NCBI GenBank assembly: GCA_964016885.1
Contig: OZ024745.1
Span: 53,816,001-53,880,000, forward strand
Origin: Eledone cirrhosa
Lineage: Eukaryota
Direction: 5' to 3'
DNA: 64,000 nt
Every line of letters starts with the position of its first letter. Position 1 is the first letter of the stretch. Below are positions 56,855-64,000 of this stretch, one piece after another. The position numbers and the translations under genes are program-made. Under the pieces are notes generated by a model. The model saw only the letters and a program-made list of their open reading frames with translations. It ran no database searches and was not told the origin of the DNA.

Positions 56855-57047
56855 GGGCGGTGGATTGGCAGAATCTGTAGAGAGTCGGACACCATGCTTC
56901 ATAGCATAGAGTTACGTCCCTTTACGGTCTGAGTTCAAATACCGGCGAGGTTAACTTTGCCTTTCATCCTCACGGGGTCGATAAAATAAAGTACCAGTAA
57001 TGTACTGGATAATTGCTGGCCTTGTACCAAAAGTAGAAACAATTATT
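56855..57047 (+). mobile_element. Best-preserved SINE family B copy
   Basis: A-box-like TGGCAGAATCTG, B-box GAGTTCAAATACC, core GCCTTTCATCCTCACGGGGTCGATAAAATAAAGTACCAG, tail AGTAGAAACAATTATT. Confidence 0.8.
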
Positions 57048-57165
57048 AGAAACATTGCTTCATTTTTACATATCTAAGCATTAGTAAAATAACTAATAAT
57101 TTCAAAAGTAATTTTTCAATTCCAATTGTTATGAACAGCAAAACATTAATAATAATTTTGTTCTA

Positions 57166-57316
57166 AGAAATATATATACATTTCTGTGTGTGTAATATAT
57201 ATATATACACACAGAAATATATATACATTTCTGTGTGTATAATATATATATATATATACACACACAGAAATATATATATATACACACAGAAATATATATA
57301 CATTTCTGTGTGTGTA

Positions 57317-57355
<39 letters not shown>

Positions 57356-57596
57356 GAAATATATATACATTTCTGTGTGTGTAATATATATATATATACA
57401 CACACAGAAATATATATATATACACACAGAAATATATATACATTTCTGTGTGTGTAATATATATATATATATATATATACACACAGAAATATATATACAT
57501 TTCTGTGTGTGTAATATATATATATATATATACACACACAGAAATATATATACATTTCTGTGTGTGTAATATATATATACACACACAGAAATATAT
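57166..57596. repeat. Second array of the palindromic-unit minisatellite
   Basis: Same unit as 56147-56600. Confidence 0.9.
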
Positions 57597-58128
57597 GGGC
57601 ATTTCTCTGTTTGTCTGTCTGTCCTTCCCTAAAACTCAAATGTAAGTGCTACAGAAATATTACCTTCCCCTTCCTTTCTCCACTTTGGTACTTCCAAGAG
57701 AAACACTTTCGCTATAGAAACATTACCTTCCCCTCTCCACTGACTTTGGTCACTGAGGCCGAGGGAATCGCTGGTTGCTATAGAGACACCTTGCACAAGC
57801 CAGAAGTAACCAGTTCGAGGCGGTTCTAACTTGACACCATGCCAAGGACCATTTGAAGATATATTTCCATCGTTATATCATAACGTTTATGTATCATAAC
57901 GTTTATATTTCCGTCACTAATCTCTTTTTCTCCTTTTTCGTTTTAACATATATTTATTTCAAAGATTTCACCGTATAGATAACATATATATTTATACATG
58001 CATAAAAGACACACCGAGAGACGGTGAACATGTGGTGCCGAAAACATTTCTCATCCAAATCTCAACAATATCAGTATATACACTAGATTTGCTAGCAGAA
58101 AACCGCCCACCGGGTGGTTTTCTGTTAG

Positions 58129-59065
58129 TCTATATATATAAAACTGAGGATGTCTGTGTGTGTGTGAGTTTGAATCCCTAAAACTCGAGAAACACCCAAC
58201 CAACTGTTTTCAAACTTTACACATGTAATACTTATGTTTCAGGGAGTGCTCTGAGCAAAAAAAAAAGAATTTTAAATTTTCAATGCCCTAGGGACCGCAT
58301 TAGGCGATTTAGCGATCTCTCTCTATAATTCTTAGTCTTACTCTTTTTAGATAGATACATACATATAACGTCGCGCCCGTATAATATCTGTCTGTATGTC
58401 TGCATTACGTCACTTCCCTGAGGATGTGTGTGTGTGTGTGTGTGTGTCTGTGAGTTTGAATCCCTAAAACTCGAGAAATACCCAACCGACTTTTTTCAAA
58501 CTTTACATGTGTATTATTTATGTTTCAGGGAGTGTTATGCACATAACAAAATTCAACTTTTTGATTCCCTAGGGTCCGCATTAAGTGAAAAACCGCGTTT
58601 TTTCAGGTTTTTAGTTTTTTATTTTGAGGCGTTACGTCAGACCGATTTCCTTGAAATTGTAACTATGTATTAGTCAGTCTCTTCCTCATACCGTGAGCAA
58701 AGAAAATCCAACTTTTTTATGGCCTAGGGCCCGCATTAGGTGAAAAATTTCGTTTTTTCAGCTTTTTAGGGCTTTTTTGAGGCGTTATATCTAGCCCATT
58801 TTCCCGAAATGTCAAGGAATATTATGCACATAAAAAAAATTCATTTTCTTGAAATCCAACTTTCTTATGGCCTAGGGCCCGCATTAGGTGAAAACCTGCA
58901 TTTTTCCACTTCATCGAGGAAAATCTTAAAGATTATCCAGCCATCAGAGTATTCGGTTTATTTTCTTTACATATTGTCCAGCATGCAGTTTTTCCACGAT
59001 TAGGTCTGTTGGCGGCCCGCGTTCCAAAATATCTTATCCCGTGCAACGCCGGGTACCACTGCTAG
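58129..59065 (+). mobile_element. Non-autonomous Helitron
   Basis: 5' TCTATATATATAAAAC; 3' hairpin CCCG-tgcaacgc-CGGG followed by CTAG|T; internal repeats ccctagggnccgcattagg. Confidence 0.75.
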
Positions 59066-59287
59066 TATTTTATATATCTTATATACATTATAAAACTCCT
59101 TTTTTTTTTAAAAAATCGTTCCTCTTTTTTTTCAATAATGTCACTTTGACAGATCAAAGAAGAAAAAAAGAAAAACAGATTCTTTAAATATATTTTCTGT
59201 GCTGTTTCCAATTACACTTTTTTCTCTATAACCTCTGTTTTGTACAAAACTTTACTCCGTTTTCAAATATATATATGTGTGTGTGTG

Positions 59288-59323
<36 letters not shown>

Positions 59324-59406
59324 TATCATACAGACTAGACCTCACAACAAACCGTGGATATTTCTGTATATATATATGTTGTCATTTCTGTTTACCTTTC
59401 ACATAC

Positions 59407-59790
<384 letters not shown>

Positions 59791-59981
59791 ACATCTCTTG
59801 GAAAACTGTTGATGCTGGCGTTTTGTATATGATATATATATAGTAATAATAAATGTGAAGACTGAAATCTGAAGAGGGCTCGATAAGGATTATACATATA
59901 TAAGCTATATATAAATATAAAACCCGGTAGAGCAAATATCTATTATAAGAACAGATTAAAGTTTAATCAAAGAATTGCTGC

Positions 59982-60021
<40 letters not shown>

Positions 60022-60024
60022 TTT

Positions 60025-60080
<56 letters not shown>

Positions 60081-60154
60081 CATAGATAGATAGAGATTGA
60101 GAGAGAGAGGGAGAGAGAAATACAGATATTAGTATCATCATCATCATAATTTTA

Positions 60155-60270
60155 TAGGTACTTTCCACTGATATGATATTTGTTCTCAGGCAGCTCCTAG
60201 AGCAATGTAAAGAACAGAACAAAGGTCTTTATGTGACATTTATAGATTTTACCAAAGTATTTGATACAAA
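60155..60270 (+). pseudogene. RTE/BovB-like RT fragment
   Basis: STDMIFVLRQLLEQCKEQNKGLYVTFIDFTKVFDT. Confidence 0.7.
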
Positions 60271-60479
60271 TGAAGAAAAAATTTCTAATATTTATGCTTT
60301 TATTGATTGTACGATTTACTTTCAAATCATGTGGAGTAATGAACAAACGGAAAAAGGTATGCATATTATTGTAGTCTGTTGATTGTATGTGTGTGAATGT
60401 AGAATCTAAAAATAGTGAATTCTACTAAACTTTTCTTGATGTTGGTAGTCAGCTGAGTCACCAGAGCTAACTAGTGAGT

Positions 60480-60800
60480 GTATATGCATGTGTGGTTACA
60501 TGACAAACCGTGCAAAGCTGAAAAACAGACTCTCTGAGGTCAAAATATCTCTCGTATTTATCACGACTGGGGTGCCCAGAAACATTAAACAGGTGGCCTT
60601 TTCTCTAGTCTCTTTGCTTTTATGGCTTTGTATATTCTATCATTTCTCTACCATGTCACTCATCATCTGACTGGGACCTTGCTCCAGCCACAGGCGTGTC
60701 ATGTATAAAATCTCAAATATCCTCTATATTATCAATCTTCATCATTTTTTCCTTTCTGTCAAAGGCATCAAGTAGGACTTTTATTAATTTGTGACCAGCT
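60480..60800 (-). pseudogene. Degraded RTE fragment
   Basis: Reverse strand LLDAFD...CGWSK...KAIKAK resembles 49850-50100. Confidence 0.55.
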
Positions 60801-61093
60801 GATGGTTCATTCATATCACCAACATCGTTGTCATCATCATTTTACTTCAGCTTTCTCAGGGTTATATGGGTTTGGTGAGTCTTTTCCAGCACAGCTTCCC
60901 TCCACTCATCGTGGTCCTTCATCATTTTCTCTATGTGCTTCATCAAGCTCTGCCCAGGTCTTCCTTGGTCGCCCTTTGTTACAGCTTCCTTCCACTGAAT
61001 ATTTCTTGGCACCTCTTCACTTAATGATCATCATTCATATGCAGTCCATATGCATGCCCATACTAGCATAGTCTTTTCTCCTCCACATCTATG

Positions 61094-61256
<163 letters not shown>

Positions 61257-61278
61257 ATACACACACACATATATATAT

Positions 61279-61310
<32 letters not shown>

Positions 61311-61410
61311 GCATTCATACATACACACACACATTATATATATATATACATACATACATACATACATACATACATACATACATACATACACACACGTGTA
61401 TATATATATA

Positions 61411-62084
61411 TATATTGGTAAAAGGAAAAGAAAATGCTGACAAATTGTTCCCAGTGAGAAATAGTTTAATTAGGAATAAGAAAAAATTAGTAATAAGTAT
61501 TGGTTAGTATTCAGTTTTAGTTTTAAGTTTTTATCGGTTGCGCATTTCTAATGCTTTTCAAAAATAATTTTGAGATAAAGCGCCCGTGATGTTTGCTCTA
61601 ATCTGATCAGTTTTGGAAATTCTACCTATTTTATGTGAAAAAAGTGGCTCCAGAGGTGTTAAAATAAGTTTTGCGCCAATTCGTATTGCAAAAATTCTTG
61701 TGGTCAAAACAATTTTGATTGGTCGGTAGAGGTCACGTGAATGTTAAAAATTGATTTTGCGCCAAAATGAAGGTTTGTCGAAGTGTTTTGATCACAAGAA
61801 TTTTTGCAACACGAATTGGCGCGAAACTTATTTTAATACCTCTGGAGCCACTTTTTTCACATAAAACAGGTAGAATTTCCAAAACTGATCAGATTAGAGC
61901 AAACATCACGGGCGCTCTATCTCAAAATTATTTTTAAAAAGCATTAGAAATGCGCAACCAGTAAAAACTTAAAACTAAAACTGAATACTAACCAATACTT
62001 ATTACTAATTTTTACTTATTCCTAATTAAACTATTTCTCACTGGGAACAATTTGTCAGCATTTTCTTTTTATTTTACCAATATA
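61411..62084. mobile_element. Fold-back MITE with about 300-bp near-perfect inverted arms
   Basis: tatattggtaaaa...gaaaatgctgacaaattgttcccagtgagaaatag / ctatttctcactgggaacaatttgtcagcattttc...ttttaccaatata; TA context. Confidence 0.9.
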
Positions 62085-62344
62085 TCACAACTCGTGTGTT
62101 ACACTTCTATTCTTTTAAATATTATATATATATATATATATATGTTTTTGTTTTGACCATGCTGTAAAATGGAGGGGTAGAGAGGGCCATGAGTCAAGTA
62201 AGACATCCTCTCTAGTGCTGGTGGCACGAATAAAAGCACCCAGTCCATGCTGTAAAGTGGCACTGGTGTTAGGAAGGGCATCCAACCAGTGTATCAATGC
62301 CAAAATAGTTATGAGCACAGCAACAAATATATAGGAACAACAAA

Positions 62345-64000
62345 AATATGAAGACATCGCATCTCAGAGTTGCAACACTTAATGTTGGCACTCTCACAGG
62401 TAGATCTGCTGAAATAGCAGAGATGCTGGAGAGAAGGCATGTGGATGTGTGCTGCGTGTAAGAGGTGAGATTGAGAGGTGCCTCTGCGAGACTAGTCGCA
62501 GGCAAACACCTTAGCTATAAGCTTTTCTGGGTAGGTAAGGATGATGGGTTAGGGGACGTAGGCATTTTCCTGGCTGAGAGATGGATCAATAAGACAATAG
62601 AGGTAGTTCGAGTTAATAATCAAATAATTAAGCTTAGATTAGTTGTAGGCAGGAGACTACTGACAATCATCTCTGCCTATGCTCCCCTAGCAGGCCTAGG
62701 CAAAGAAGAGAAAGACTGCTTTTTACGAGCAACTTTTACAAACAGCCGCAATGACAGAGGACGAGATATCGTTATACTAGCAGGGGACTTCAATGGTCTT
62801 GTTGGACAGCTCCAGGATGGTTACACTGGGGTACATGGTGGGCACGGTTATGGCTCAAGAAATGAAGAAGGAGTGAGACTTCTTGAATTTTGTGATGCAA
62901 GTACACTGACTATTTGCAACGCTAACTTCCAGAAACCTGCCAACCACCTAATAACCTACAAATCAGGTGAGCACATAAGCCAGATTGACTTCTTACTAGT
63001 TAGGCAGCGGGACAGGCAGATGGTGTCTAATACCAAGGCATACCCTGGGGAAGAATGTACCCCACAGCATAGGTTAGTCATTAGTGATATCTCAGTAAGC
63101 AAGTGATGGAATGAGACATACAGGAAGGTGTGGAGAAGAAAGGTCTGGAAGCTAAAAGACCTTTCACTAAAATACAAATTTAGGAAAGCCCTTCAAGATG
63201 TGTATGGCGAAAAAGAAGACGATTTAGAGTTGTATGACATAGATAATAACTGGAATTTCTTAAGTGACAACTTACTGCAGGCTACTGATGAAACTTGTGG
63301 CTGGAGTAGAGCTCCAACCAGACAGGGAGTGACCTGGTGGTGGAACAGCACAGTAGATAAGGCCATTAGAGACAAAAGACTAGCATGGAAGGCTTGGGAA
63401 AAGGGTGGGAGTAGAGAAGGTTATACAGCCGCTAAGAGAGAAGCTAGACACAAGGTGTAGTTAGCACGCAGGGAGGCTGAGAGTAGGAGGTTTCCCAATG
63501 TTCTGCGATGGGAAGATCAGAGGGGTGCGGTGTTCCACATTGCAAGGCAGTGTGTCAATGCAAATCAGGGTGTTGTTGAAGATAAATGTGTCCGGAATGA
63601 TGCCGGTGTACTTAGTGTCACGAATGATCAGAAAAAGGAGGCCTGAAAATGTCATTATGAGAGACTGGTGAATGTGGAGAACGAATAGGAGAGAGAGAAA
63701 TTACCCTCAGTAGATCCAACAGAGGGACCAGCTATTGAGATTGACGAATATAGGGTCCAAGAGGCGATTAAGGAAATGAAAAATGGTAAGGCTGCTGGAC
63801 CATCGGGGATAGTTGCTGAGATGCTGAAGGCATCAGGGGATGTAGGCACTAAGCTGGTTGCATGCATCATCAATCAGGCTATATATGGTGGTGTCATACC
63901 CAAAGACTGGTGCAGCAGTATTCTCATAAATTGCTACAAAGGTAAAGGGGATGCTCTGGAGAGGAGCAATTATAGGGGTATAAAACTGATGGATCAGGTT
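62345..64000 (+). mobile_element. RTE LINE including endonuclease N-terminus, disrupted, runs off the window
   Basis: LRVATLNVGTLTGRSAEIAEMLERRHVDVCCV*E, SAYAP, LAGDFNG, SQIDFLL, PQHRLV, GKAAGPSGIVAEML; stops and frameshifts. Confidence 0.92.

Noticed and set aside
56147-57596. CRISPR-like palindromic repeat arrays
   Set aside because: Spacers are just (TA)n/(CA)n, there are no cas genes, and the context is eukaryotic
59866-59935. CTGAAGAGGGCT...AAACCCGGTAGAG possible hammerhead relic
   Set aside because: Stem II partner and G12 missing; too degenerate to support

Overview
AT-rich, microsatellite-dense animal genomic DNA; the repeat landscape (huge TA/CA tracts, RTE LINEs, CORE-type SINEs) suggests a coleoid cephalopod such as Octopus (inference). 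The 5' part of a TIA-1/TIAR-family RNA-binding protein gene lies on the minus strand. It has a probable MSEQ first exon at 32083-32094 and four RRM1-encoding exons at 31858-31889, 31194-31290, 25178-25273 and 6359-6416, and the gene continues beyond position 1. None of these exons is in the ORF track. Its 18.8-kb intron holds a 3.7-kb pyrimidine-strand minisatellite and candidate stop-containing cassette exons. A CpG-enriched promoter zone (about 32-36.7 kb) ends in a candidate first coding exon of a divergent plus-strand gene. From 37 kb onward the window is a nest of transposons: several RTE LINEs with a C4HC3 finger inside the RT, a Sola2-like fold-back element, a Penelope-like element, a Helitron, SINEs and MITEs. 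The most striking unexplained signal is a set of hammerhead-ribozyme motifs from several distinct sequence families, some intact and some decayed, mostly beside (TA)n tracts. The long low-complexity ORFs in the track are repeat artefacts.
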